DNA of 64,000 nucleotides from Alphaproteobacteria bacterium (GTDB lineage: Bacteria; Pseudomonadota; Alphaproteobacteria; Micavibrionales; Micavibrionaceae), in assembly GCA_018399685.1 (NCBI GenBank), contig JAGYOK010000007.1, forward strand, positions 10,272 through 74,271. Direction: 5' to 3'. Under the pieces are notes generated by a model, which worked only from the letters and a program-made list of their open reading frames with translations, searched no databases and was not told where the DNA came from. Below, piece by piece: positions 32,951-41,583 of this stretch. Position 1 is the first letter of the stretch. Each line of letters begins with the position of its first letter. Both the position numbers and the translations under genes were made by a program.

Positions 32951-33196
32951 GTTTTTCTATCCTTTTGGTTATAAAAAATTTCATTGTCTTGCATGTTAAG
33001 GGATTATAAAGACCACAATATCCAAAGAAAAGAGACAAAACCTGTTTTTGTTTTATTTTGGAATTGAATGGCTCGAATAACTGTTTATAGTCACATGGAC
33101 AAGGAATAAGAATCAAAGCTGAATTTTGATACTTATGTTTCTGAAGTCAATAAACAAAATAAAATTCTAATGCTTAATCAAGACTGTATTTAAGTT

Positions 33197-33730
33197 ATGG
33201 CTTACAATCTACAAGATATAAAAATACTGCTCGTTGAAGATAATAGGGGTATGTTACACCTTGTTAAGGCTGTTCTACAATCTTTTGGCGTAGGACAGGT
33301 TATTACTGCACTGGATGGAGATTCAGGGTTTAACGAATTTTGCAGGCATAACCCTGATCTGGTTATAACGGATTGGTTGATGACACCATGCGATGGCCTG
33401 GAACTTAGCCAGAGGATACGTACTGACCCGGCTAGCCCAAATAAGTTCGTCCCTATTATACTTATGACAGGCTTTAGTGAAGAGCGCCGCGTAATCAGCG
33501 CCCGTGACGAAGGAATAACCGAATTCTTGGTTAAGCCTTTTAACACACGTGACCTATACCGAAGGTTATATAAGATTATTGAGTCTCCCCGCCAATTTGT
33601 GGAATCAGAAGACTTTTTCGGTCCCGACAGGCGCCGCCGCCGTGTGGAAGATTATAACGGGCCACTCCGCAGAGACATTGATGAAAACAGAGATGGCCCT
33701 ATATCTCCTGATGATATTGTGTTCAGATGA
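33197..33730 (+). CDS. single-domain response regulator with Arg-rich C-terminal extension
   Basis: Canonical receiver residues are present: ED at 14-15, D58 in VITDW, T91 and K113 in LVKPF. A roughly 49-aa tail follows (FFGPDRRRRRVEDYNGPLRRD...). Confidence 0.85.
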   Translation: MAYNLQDIKILLVEDNRGMLHLVKAVLQSFGVGQVITALDGDSGFNEFCRHNPDLVITDWLMTPCDGLELSQRIRTDPASPNKFVPIILMTGFSEERRVISARDEGITEFLVKPFNTRDLYRRLYKIIESPRQFVESEDFFGPDRRRRRVEDYNGPLRRDIDENRDGPISPDDIVFR

Positions 33731-33791
33731 TCTGGCCATTATTTAAACTAAACATATAATCGAACAAACAGACTATTATTGTTGGAATAAA

Positions 33792-34328
33792 ATGGACATA
33801 AAACATTACAATCAAAAACCTAAAAGAAAAGCAAAGTTCTTTAATCCGCCAAATACTTTGAAGGCAAAAGCTGGTTCTGGTGGTTTGAGTGAAGCTATTT
33901 TAGATCGCTCACAAGACCTTTTAGAGAATCATACAGTTGATTTTGCGCCTTTGGCAGAGATCTATATTTCCCAGATGAGAGATGGCATTACTGCTGCGGC
34001 AGCTTTAGGCAAGGCTACAGATTCAGAAGAGGCTATTGAAAAGATTTTGATGCCCTGTGTGCAGCTCAAGGCTAATGGGACAATGTTTCATTATCCGCTG
34101 GTCACACGTATAGCAGATCGCTTTGTGCAATTTATGGAAGTTGTAGAACGTCTGGATGAAGAAACCATTGATATTTCCAACGCTTTTTTAACGGCACTTA
34201 CTATTGTTATATCAGGTAAAATCAAAACTGATGGAGCTAAACACGGTGAAGCCCTTGTTGAAGAGCTTAACAGGGCATGCATGCGTTACTTTGAAAAGCA
34301 CAAGCTGGATATTGAAAAGAAGAAATAG
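33792..34328 (+). CDS. hypothetical helical protein (possible His-less Hpt-like fold)
   Basis: 178-aa ORF 61 bp downstream of the response regulator on the same strand. The segment VQLKANGTMFHYPLVTRIADRFVQFME resembles the Hpt HxLKG helix, but with Gln in place of His. Confidence 0.5.
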   Translation: MDIKHYNQKPKRKAKFFNPPNTLKAKAGSGGLSEAILDRSQDLLENHTVDFAPLAEIYISQMRDGITAAAALGKATDSEEAIEKILMPCVQLKANGTMFHYPLVTRIADRFVQFMEVVERLDEETIDISNAFLTALTIVISGKIKTDGAKHGEALVEELNRACMRYFEKHKLDIEKKK

Positions 34329-34342
34329 CTAAAAAATAGAGC

Positions 34343-35161
34343 TTAAATCTCTGGAATAGCTTCTATCAAGGTGTCGCCAATACGTATTGGCATGATCTTC
34401 GTGGCCTTACCAGCTCCGCCCGATATTACAACCAGAGCACCACACAGCGTCATATTATTGCTGGCCGGAATAAAGTGTTCCCCCGGTAATTTACGAGTAA
34501 ATCTTGGGATAGCTGTCTCTTTTTTTACACCGATTACACTAACGTAATCCCCCGTCATTCCTGCATCGCTCATATAGGCTGTACCACCTTCAATAATATG
34601 GGCATCAGCCGTAGGAATATGAGTGTGCGTACCAATAACCGCAGAAATTCTCCCTGCAAAATTGTGAGCAAAAGACATTTTTTCGGATGTAGCTTCGCCG
34701 TGGAGGTCTACAAAAATAGCATCACAATTAATCCCAAGCCTATATTCAGAAAGAATTTCTTCCATGCAGGCAAACGGATCATCCAGTGGATCCATAAATA
34801 ATCTACACAGCATGTTTACGACAAGGATCTTCCGCCCGTCCATTAATTCATGCAAATATAAGCCATTGCCAGGAGTCGTTTGTTTCGGGTAATTGGCCGG
34901 ACGAATTAATCTTGGCTGCTTATTGATATACTTTAGAACCTCGCGCTGATCCCAAACGTGGTTACCGGTTGTAATAACATCCACCCCCAGATCAAAAAAA
35001 TTCTCACAAATTTTCCCGGTGATGCCCCTGCCGTGTGCCGCGTTCTCACCATTAACAATAATGACATCAGGAGTAAGTTTATCTTTTAAAAGCGGTAGAT
35101 ATTTTTCGAGAGCTTCACGGCCAGATCGACCCATAACGTCGCCAATAAACAAAACTATCAT
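34343..35161 (-). CDS. YmdB-family metallophosphoesterase
   Basis: Contains MIVLFIGDVMGRSGR, GENAAHGRG, TTGNHVWD and DLHGEATSEK motifs, which match the YmdB-type calcineurin-like phosphoesterase. Confidence 0.85.
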   Translation of the reverse strand: MIVLFIGDVMGRSGREALEKYLPLLKDKLTPDVIIVNGENAAHGRGITGKICENFFDLGVDVITTGNHVWDQREVLKYINKQPRLIRPANYPKQTTPGNGLYLHELMDGRKILVVNMLCRLFMDPLDDPFACMEEILSEYRLGINCDAIFVDLHGEATSEKMSFAHNFAGRISAVIGTHTHIPTADAHIIEGGTAYMSDAGMTGDYVSVIGVKKETAIPRFTRKLPGEHFIPASNNMTLCGALVVISGGAGKATKIMPIRIGDTLIEAIPEI

Positions 35162-35229
35162 ATTTAAATTACTCTTATTCGTTTTTATTATTTATTCAAA
35201 TTTCATAAGACTTTTAAAAAGTCTAGAAT

Positions 35230-35826
35230 CTATACGCGCATAACGTTTTGCTCGGTAATAATCCAGTCCATTTTCTGGTCATGCTCTTCTGTTGGCAAGT
35301 TAAACAAGCAAGCTTGCTCGGCATAAGCAATACCAACAGCGACAATATCTTTCTTCTTACGGTATTGCGCAAGGGTTGAATCGTAATACCCTCCGCCATA
35401 CCCTAACCGATATCCGCGCCTATCAAAAGCCAATGAGGGTACAAGAAAGATATCCGGTTCAAGCCATACAGTATGATTGCTAATCTCTGGCTGTGGAATG
35501 TTATAAGCCCCAATGCTCATAGGCATATTCATGTCCCATTGCGCAAATTTTAAAATTCTCGAGCCTTTTTGAACTATTGGCAAAGCGACTTTAACGCCCT
35601 TATTCAACAATTCTTCCGTGAGTATAGAAGTATCAATTTCCCTGTTAACAGGCCAGTAAGAAGCAACACAAAGATTTTTATTTACTTCTATATTGTCAAA
35701 TATATTATCAAAGAAGTTTTCACATAGTTTCTTGTGTTGCTGCGTATCAAGGCTGCCTAACATGCAGCGCGCACGTTTTGCAAGTTCCCTCATTGATTCT
35801 TTTTGTTCTTTTATATCAAGATCCAT
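35230..35826 (-). CDS. ygfA: 5-formyltetrahydrofolate cyclo-ligase
   Basis: 198-aa ORF with the G.GGGYYD family motif (LGYGGGYYD). It lies directly downstream of the 6S RNA candidate, as in E. coli. Confidence 0.8.
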   Translation of the reverse strand: MDLDIKEQKESMRELAKRARCMLGSLDTQQHKKLCENFFDNIFDNIEVNKNLCVASYWPVNREIDTSILTEELLNKGVKVALPIVQKGSRILKFAQWDMNMPMSIGAYNIPQPEISNHTVWLEPDIFLVPSLAFDRRGYRLGYGGGYYDSTLAQYRKKKDIVAVGIAYAEQACLFNLPTEEHDQKMDWIITEQNVMRV

Positions 35827-35844
35827 CAGCTAGCAATCTATAGC

Positions 35845-36035
35845 GTAAGGATGTGCCGCGCAAGCCGTGTACGTATGTTGTATCTTCGCGGGTCCTGTAT
35901 AACCAGGTGGGCACCGTAAGTATCAAGATCCCCCGGGCGAACCGATTGGATAAAGACAGGGACAGCTCCCTATGCGAAAAGCATCGACCTCCGAGATCAA
36001 AGCCGTCTCACGCACTCCGCAGCACAAGGCTCTTT
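35845..36035 (-). ncRNA. ssrS: 6S RNA (SsrS) candidate
   Basis: A GC-rich stretch of about 190 nt lies between the zapA terminator and the ygfA start on the same strand, matching the E. coli zapA-ssrS-ygfA synteny. The ends can form a closing helix: minus-strand UGUGCUGCG (36026-36018) pairs with CGCGGCACA (35860-35852), 9 bp with one G-U. The end coordinates are approximate. Confidence 0.55.
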
Positions 36036-36085
36036 GTATATCACGCTTTGACGCTTATAAGCAAAAAATTTTCAAAAGAGCATAC

Positions 36086-36114
36086 GCAAAAAAAGAGATG
36101 CCAAAAGCATCTCT
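36086..36114 (-). terminator. intrinsic terminator after zapA
   Basis: On the minus strand, AGAGATGC-TTTTG-GCATCTCT is followed by TTTTTTT. It lies 25 bp past the zapA stop. Confidence 0.6.
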
Positions 36115-36138
36115 AATATTAATCAACGCTGATTTATT

Positions 36139-36534
36139 TTATGCAGCTCTTTCCTGCATGCGTTCTCCCTGTCCTGATATTGTAAGACGCGAGGATATTC
36201 TTTCAATTCTATTAGCTAAATATTCAATAGCTTCAACAATCATCTCTTCTTCAGAGTTACCAGCAGATTCTGTATGGGAGTGCTGAACGCCGGTTTTGCT
36301 CTGAAGTTTTTCTCTTAATAAGCTTAACTCTTCGCGCATATCAAAAACTTCATCCGCGAGAACCAGCGAAGTTAGAACAAGCAAATGTGATTCATTTGTG
36401 GCAGCACCTGCCGCAGCAATATCCCGCAGACGGGAGTCTACATAAGAAGCAAGCTCATTCAAGCGCTCTTCCTGCCCCTCATCACAATACATGCTATAGC
36501 CGCGGTGATTAATTTTCAGTGTAATTTCAGCCAT
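36139..36534 (-). CDS. zapA: cell division protein ZapA
   Basis: The N-terminus ITLKINHRGYSMYCDEGQEERLNELASYVDSRL matches the ZapA fold, followed by a C-terminal coiled coil. Confidence 0.85.
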   Translation of the reverse strand: MAEITLKINHRGYSMYCDEGQEERLNELASYVDSRLRDIAAAGAATNESHLLVLTSLVLADEVFDMREELSLLREKLQSKTGVQHSHTESAGNSEEEMIVEAIEYLANRIERISSRLTISGQGERMQERAA

Positions 36535-36554
36535 TACGCTTATCCTTAATATTT

Positions 36555-36803
36555 TTATCGTTTACCCAACAAATGCTCGACGGTCTCAATCGCTTTATCC
36601 AGGCGATGAGCCATAAAATCCACATCCACAACATTTCCATCAGAATCACGCAACTGAGCCTCATAACGGGCTGCGTCGACTTGACGTACCATCTCACTGG
36701 CAGGAACATAATCCTGCATGGTATATTGTACATTACTTACGGAAGCATCAAGCTCCCCTACTACGGTATCAAGCCTTTCCAAGGCGTTACGTATCAATGA
36801 CAT
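36555..36803 (-). CDS. DUF4164-type small coiled-coil protein (ZauP-like candidate)
   Basis: 82-aa helical ORF immediately upstream of zapA, the position occupied by the ZapA partner ZauP in Caulobacter. Confidence 0.5.
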   Translation of the reverse strand: MSLIRNALERLDTVVGELDASVSNVQYTMQDYVPASEMVRQVDAARYEAQLRDSDGNVVDVDFMAHRLDKAIETVEHLLGKR

Positions 36804-37168
36804 TTAAAATCCTAATAGAAGTTACTTAAAGTTAACAGTCACAAGTTATATGATTCAAAGAGTTACCGGCATGTCCTTTCAGAGCGTTAGGCAATTATGC
36901 TGCAAATTTATTGCACCATATTGCGCAGTGCCGACGTCGTTTTATTATGCGCTACCTCTTCTCAGGGTCAAGAATAAAGCCCGTTTTTTGCGAATTAAAC
37001 CACAGCATTTTATATTTTTATATTATGTACAAACATCCCTCTACTTATATAGAAGGGCGGAAAAAATAATATTTTGAATACAAAATTATAAGAGTTTGAC
37101 TTGATTTTGATGCCAACTCAATGCAATGTGTTCACAAGTTTCACACAGTATAAATAGGGCTCTAACTT

Positions 37169-39205
37169 ATGACGAATACCACTGCTTTAGCGCAGAAAAA
37201 AACATCATCAATACAAAACAGTTTTTCACAATCTCAACTAAAGAAAATGTCAGGCGCTATCCGCGCTTTGTCTATGGATGCCGTACAAAAGGCAAACTCT
37301 GGTCATCCGGGCATGCCTATGGGGATGGCTGATGTAGCCACAGTTCTTTACTCATCTTTTTTAAAGTTTGAAGCCAAATATCCGACATGGCCGGATCGGG
37401 ATCGTTTTGTCCTGTCAGGTGGCCATGGCTCGATGCTTTTATATTCATTGAATTACCTCACCGGTTACGAAAAAATTACAATCGAGGAAATCAAAAACTT
37501 TCGTAAATTAGGAGCTATAACCGCCGGTCACCCTGAGGTTGAGCAGGACGCAGGTATAGAAACGACAACCGGCCCTCTTGGGCAGGGCATAGCCACCGCC
37601 GTTGGTATGGCTCTGGCAGAAAGAATCCTTAATGGCCGTTATGGCGATGATCTTGTTTCTCACTACACATATGTAATGTGTGGCGATGGTGACCTTATGG
37701 AAGGTATCAGCCATGAAGCCTGCTCTTTGGCGGGACATCAAAAGCTCTCAAAATTGATTCTCCTGTATGATGACAATAACATTTGTATTGATGGCAGCAC
37801 AGACCTTACCTTTATCGATGATACCCCCGCACGCTTCAGGGCTTATGGCTGGGATGTTCAATCCATTGACGGTCATGATTATGCACAAATTCAAGAAGCC
37901 ATCGCTAAAGCGCAAGCCACAGAAACTCCAAGCTTGATTTGTTGTAAAACAAAGATCGGGTTTGGAGCTCCTACAAAAGAAGGAACTTCATCTTGTCATG
38001 GCTCCCCTCTTGGTGAAGAAGAAATCAAGGGCGCTCGTAAAAATATAGACTGGCCATACGCCGCGTTCGAAGTACCGGAAGATGTGCTTTCATTATGGCG
38101 GGAAGTTGGAAAACAAAATAATGACGCGCTTTTATCATGGCAATCCAGATATAACGAATCTAGTGACAAACAAGCCTTTGATACCCAGCTAAGTGGCGAT
38201 TACAGCGACATCATTGCTCCAGTGATTAGAGAGCTAAAAGCTGAGTTCGCTGCCAAAAACGCCAAGGAAGCAACGCGTAAGACCTCTGGCGCCTGCCTTG
38301 AAAAGCTTATCCCTGCTTTGAACACGCTGGTTGGCGGTTCCGCTGATTTGGCCGGATCAAACAAAACAAAGGTTGCCGCTTCAAAAGTAATTGATTCAAA
38401 TGACTATAGCGGGAATTACATTAATTACGGCGTACGTGAACATGGTATGGCTGCAATAATGAATGGTCTGGCACTCCATGGCGGTTTTGTCCCTTATAGC
38501 GGTACATTTTTGCAGTTTGCGGATTACGCCCGCCCGGCTATTCGACTGGCTGCTTTGATGAAACAGCGCGTTATCCATGTACTTACACACGATTCGATAG
38601 GCTTGGGCGAAGATGGCCCAACGCACCAGCCGGTAGAGCATCTATCTGCTTTGCGTGCCATTCCTAATTGTTACACATACCGTCCTTGTGATGGCATCGA
38701 AACCGCAGAAAGCTGGGAGCTATCTATTAATAAGAAAGATGCCCCTTCCCTTCTCGCGCTTACAAGACAGGGAATACCTACTCTTTCTGATAATCGCGCG
38801 GAAAATAAAACAGCCAAAGGCGCATATATTCTAAAGGAAACAGGAGGCAAACCGGAGATCACAATATTTGCCTCAGGCTCGGAAGTTGAAATAGCACACG
38901 AGGCATACGAACATTTTGTATCTCAAAGTAAGGCAGTCCGGCTGGTTTCTGTACCTTGTATGGATTTATTTTATGAGCAGGACGAAGACTATATCCGTGA
39001 GCTAGTCTGTAATGACAGTATCAAGGTTGCTGTCGAGGCAGGCATTCGCCAATCATGGGATAGAATTATTGGCTCGCATGGCATTTTCATTGGAATGAAA
39101 GGATTCGGAGCCTCTGCCCCGTCTCCGGTTCTATACGAATATTTCGGGATTACCTCCGCTAATATTATTGAAAGTGTCGAAAAAGTATTATCTGAAAAAA
39201 GATAA
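37169..39205 (+). CDS. tkt: transketolase
   Basis: Contains IRALSMDAVQKANSGHPG, the ThDP motif GDGDLMEGIS and full-length conservation. The start may instead be the internal ATG near 37247. Confidence 0.95.
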   Translation: MTNTTALAQKKTSSIQNSFSQSQLKKMSGAIRALSMDAVQKANSGHPGMPMGMADVATVLYSSFLKFEAKYPTWPDRDRFVLSGGHGSMLLYSLNYLTGYEKITIEEIKNFRKLGAITAGHPEVEQDAGIETTTGPLGQGIATAVGMALAERILNGRYGDDLVSHYTYVMCGDGDLMEGISHEACSLAGHQKLSKLILLYDDNNICIDGSTDLTFIDDTPARFRAYGWDVQSIDGHDYAQIQEAIAKAQATETPSLICCKTKIGFGAPTKEGTSSCHGSPLGEEEIKGARKNIDWPYAAFEVPEDVLSLWREVGKQNNDALLSWQSRYNESSDKQAFDTQLSGDYSDIIAPVIRELKAEFAAKNAKEATRKTSGACLEKLIPALNTLVGGSADLAGSNKTKVAASKVIDSNDYSGNYINYGVREHGMAAIMNGLALHGGFVPYSGTFLQFADYARPAIRLAALMKQRVIHVLTHDSIGLGEDGPTHQPVEHLSALRAIPNCYTYRPCDGIETAESWELSINKKDAPSLLALTRQGIPTLSDNRAENKTAKGAYILKETGGKPEITIFASGSEVEIAHEAYEHFVSQSKAVRLVSVPCMDLFYEQDEDYIRELVCNDSIKVAVEAGIRQSWDRIIGSHGIFIGMKGFGASAPSPVLYEYFGITSANIIESVEKVLSEKR

Positions 39206-39215
39206 GTAACTATTT

Positions 39216-39246
39216 AAAAAGGCAGGCTTGGGTTTGCCTTTTTTTA
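39216..39246 (+). terminator. weak hairpin plus T-run after tkt
   Basis: AAAAAGGCA ... TGCCTTTTTTT. The GC core is short (GGCA/TGCC) and the loop is about 10 nt. Confidence 0.35.
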
Positions 39247-39292
39247 TAATTAACCATAGTAAACCAGATTTAACAAAAATGGAGTAGACATC

Positions 39293-40303
39293 ATGACTTT
39301 AAAAGTTGCTATTAACGGTTTTGGAAGAATCGGGCGTTTGGTTGCCCGCTCGGTGTTTGAACAAAAACGTGATGACATAGAGATCGTTGCAATCACAGAC
39401 CCAAGCGGGAGCTTTGATCCGCTGCTAAAATATGATTCCGCACATGGTCGCGCACCCTTTACGGTCGAGCGTGATGGCGATGAAGCAATCATTATTGATG
39501 GTAAGCGCATCACACGTTTCCGTGATCGTGATCCAAGCAATATTGACTGGGGTTCTCTTGATGTAGACATAGTCATGGAATGTACAGGAAAATTCAAAGA
39601 TCGCGAAAGTCTGAACGTTCATTTGGCCAGCGGAGCAAAAAAGGTTCTTCTCTCTGTTCCGGGTAAAGACATCGACGCAACAATAGTTTACGGCGTTAAC
39701 CATGGAACATTGAAGAAAGAAGACAAGCTGGTTTCCAATGCATCATGTACGACGAACTGTCTGGCTCCATTGGCAAAAGCTTTGCACGAAACCGTTGGAA
39801 TTGAAAAAGGATTTATGACCACGATCCATGCTTACACTGGCGGTCAAAACCTTATTGATGGATCTCATAAAGACCCGCGCCGGGCGCGCTCGGCTGCTGT
39901 AAGCATGATCCCGACATCTACCGGTGCTGCTAAAGCTGTCGGTCTGGTATTGCCAGAGCTTGCAGGCAAGCTTGATGGCGTGTCTGTTCGCGTGCCTACG
40001 CAAAACGTTTCTTTGGTTGATTTAACTTTCATGTCATCCAGAAATACAACAGTAGAGGAAGTAAACGCCGCCGTTACAAAATATGCTGAAGGCGAGCTTA
40101 AAGGCATTTTAGGCGTTTATGACGATCCTTGCGTTTCAATAGATTTCAACCATGATCCCCGATCTTCCATTTTCTCATTAGAAGATACAAAAGTAATTGA
40201 CGGGAACTTTGTTCGTGTCATGAGCTGGTATGATAATGAGTGGGGGTATTCATGCCGAATGATTGACACAGCACTGGAAATGCACAAAAAAGGCTATGCA
40301 TAA
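39293..40303 (+). CDS. gap: type I glyceraldehyde-3-phosphate dehydrogenase
   Basis: NAD-binding motif INGFGRIGR, active site SNASCTTNCLAP, and WYDNEWGYS near the C-terminus. Confidence 0.95.
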   Translation: MTLKVAINGFGRIGRLVARSVFEQKRDDIEIVAITDPSGSFDPLLKYDSAHGRAPFTVERDGDEAIIIDGKRITRFRDRDPSNIDWGSLDVDIVMECTGKFKDRESLNVHLASGAKKVLLSVPGKDIDATIVYGVNHGTLKKEDKLVSNASCTTNCLAPLAKALHETVGIEKGFMTTIHAYTGGQNLIDGSHKDPRRARSAAVSMIPTSTGAAKAVGLVLPELAGKLDGVSVRVPTQNVSLVDLTFMSSRNTTVEEVNAAVTKYAEGELKGILGVYDDPCVSIDFNHDPRSSIFSLEDTKVIDGNFVRVMSWYDNEWGYSCRMIDTALEMHKKGYA

Positions 40304-40385
40304 AATAGTATGATTTTAAAAAAATCTTTGACACTTTAAGTAGAACATTTTATATCTTAATGTCTAAACCGTTCTCCGTGGCAAA

Positions 40386-40419
40386 GCTGGTTCAAGTATC
40401 AACTTGAGCCAGCTTTTTT
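40386..40419 (+). terminator. intrinsic terminator after gap
   Basis: 12-bp stem GCTGGTTCAAGT / ACTTGAGCCAGC (one G-T pair), loop ATCA, then TTTTTT. Confidence 0.7.
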
Positions 40420-40489
40420 ATTTCCCGCAATCTTAGATGTTTGTTTTTTTTAAAATAACCAATAAATTCAATTCTGTATTAAGGATTTA

Positions 40490-40518
40490 TTGAACCATTT
40501 AAAACTTTGCGATAACAT
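40490..40518 (+). promoter_or_regulatory. candidate sigma70-like promoter for the wHTH two-gene module
   Basis: TTGAAC (40490-40495), a 17-nt spacer, then TAACAT (40513-40518). The -10 element ends 6 nt before the ATG at 40525 and no SD is visible, so the mRNA may be leaderless. Confidence 0.3.
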
Positions 40519-40524
40519 AATCCC

Positions 40525-41091
40525 ATGGATTCCATAAAGTTACATGCTAAGCGCGCAATGCACACAAGGGGGCAGAAATCCTGCCTTGTCATCGATCACC
40601 TTGTCGAGGCATTGGCAAATGACCCTTCTTCTTCACTGAAGCGGGCATTGATTCTTACACATATTGATGAAAGCCCTGGCATTACCCAGACCGAAATAAT
40701 GAAAGAGCTTGGTATAAAAAGTAAGACAACAATGAACAGGGAAATCGAATGGTTATTCAATTATGGCTGTATCCAAAGGAATCAGGACAGAAAAGATGGC
40801 CGAGCCATTAAGCTTGAAACGTGTGGATACACCAAAAGAGCCATCGATTCAGCACTGGATTATTTTCCGAAACGTCACAAAGGTTTGCAAAATTTTTTGA
40901 ATCGGTATATAAAGGAGTTAAGGCAGGATCGCCCTACCCTTAGAGATGCAAGATTGGTTTCTTCTCTTTATGATAAAGGCAAAGCGACTAAAGCGGATTT
41001 GATTGACAGCCTGTACAATGGTCCTGCAACAACAGATAACAGAGCATATAAAAAGCTCTATGACGATGGGGTAATAAAAGATGACAGGTGA
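40525..41091 (+). CDS. winged-helix (MarR-like) DNA-binding protein
   Basis: 188-aa ORF. The segment LILTHIDESPGITQTEIMKELGIKSKTTMNREIEWLFNYGCIQR..DRKDGRAIKLE has the HTH-plus-wing pattern of MarR-type regulators. Confidence 0.6.
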   Translation: MDSIKLHAKRAMHTRGQKSCLVIDHLVEALANDPSSSLKRALILTHIDESPGITQTEIMKELGIKSKTTMNREIEWLFNYGCIQRNQDRKDGRAIKLETCGYTKRAIDSALDYFPKRHKGLQNFLNRYIKELRQDRPTLRDARLVSSLYDKGKATKADLIDSLYNGPATTDNRAYKKLYDDGVIKDDR

Positions 41092-41395
41092 TGGAACAAT
41101 CACACACCAGTTGGATCAGCATGACACGGCATTTGAAAGTGCCGCGCAGTCGGTTTCTCGCAATATTGAAAAAGCTTTTGAAAAAGCCGCGGGTTCGTTT
41201 GTTGTACTTGATGAAAACGTAAGAGGTGGACTGGATCGTGAATTGCGATTGGCATTTGGTGAAGTGGTAGATCCAAAGATAGAACTATCAAATGTCTTTG
41301 CCGCTCAAGCACAAATTTCCGAGAATTTTATAGATGCTGCCAGAAACCTGGCTCCACAGCAGGAAACGCATCTTCCGACAATGAATATGGGTTAG
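41081..41395 (+). CDS. hypothetical small protein, translationally coupled to the wHTH gene
   Basis: 104-aa ORF overlapping the upstream gene by 11 nt and followed by a strong terminator. No motif recognised. Confidence 0.45.
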   Translation: MTGDGTITHQLDQHDTAFESAAQSVSRNIEKAFEKAAGSFVVLDENVRGGLDRELRLAFGEVVDPKIELSNVFAAQAQISENFIDAARNLAPQQETHLPTMNMG

Positions 41396-41437
41396 ATCTC
41401 TGATTTAAGTATATATTTGCATTAATGTTCGTATATG

Positions 41438-41470
41438 AGGCCTCAAATCACATGAGGCCTTTTCTTTTTC
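41438..41470 (+). terminator. intrinsic terminator after the two-gene module
   Basis: 8-bp stem AGGCCTCA / TGAGGCCT, loop AATCACA, then TTTCTTTTTC. Confidence 0.7.
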
Positions 41471-41583
41471 GTAAAATTTGGTAAAACAAATAAGCTTCAT
41501 AAAAAGCTGAGAGTTTGTTAACGACTTCTTATAAAAAGGAAGAGTTAATCTATTTGTTAAAACAAACACATAGGGGACAAGTT

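Noticed and set aside
35853-36286. Two overlapping plus-strand ORFs (35853-36116, 87 aa, and 35972-36286, 104 aa) in the zapA-ygfA gap
   Set aside because: They have no RBS and their composition is Arg/Ser/Pro-rich, typical of translated GC-rich RNA. They run antisense through the zapA 3' end and terminator. The interval is better explained as a minus-strand 6S RNA.
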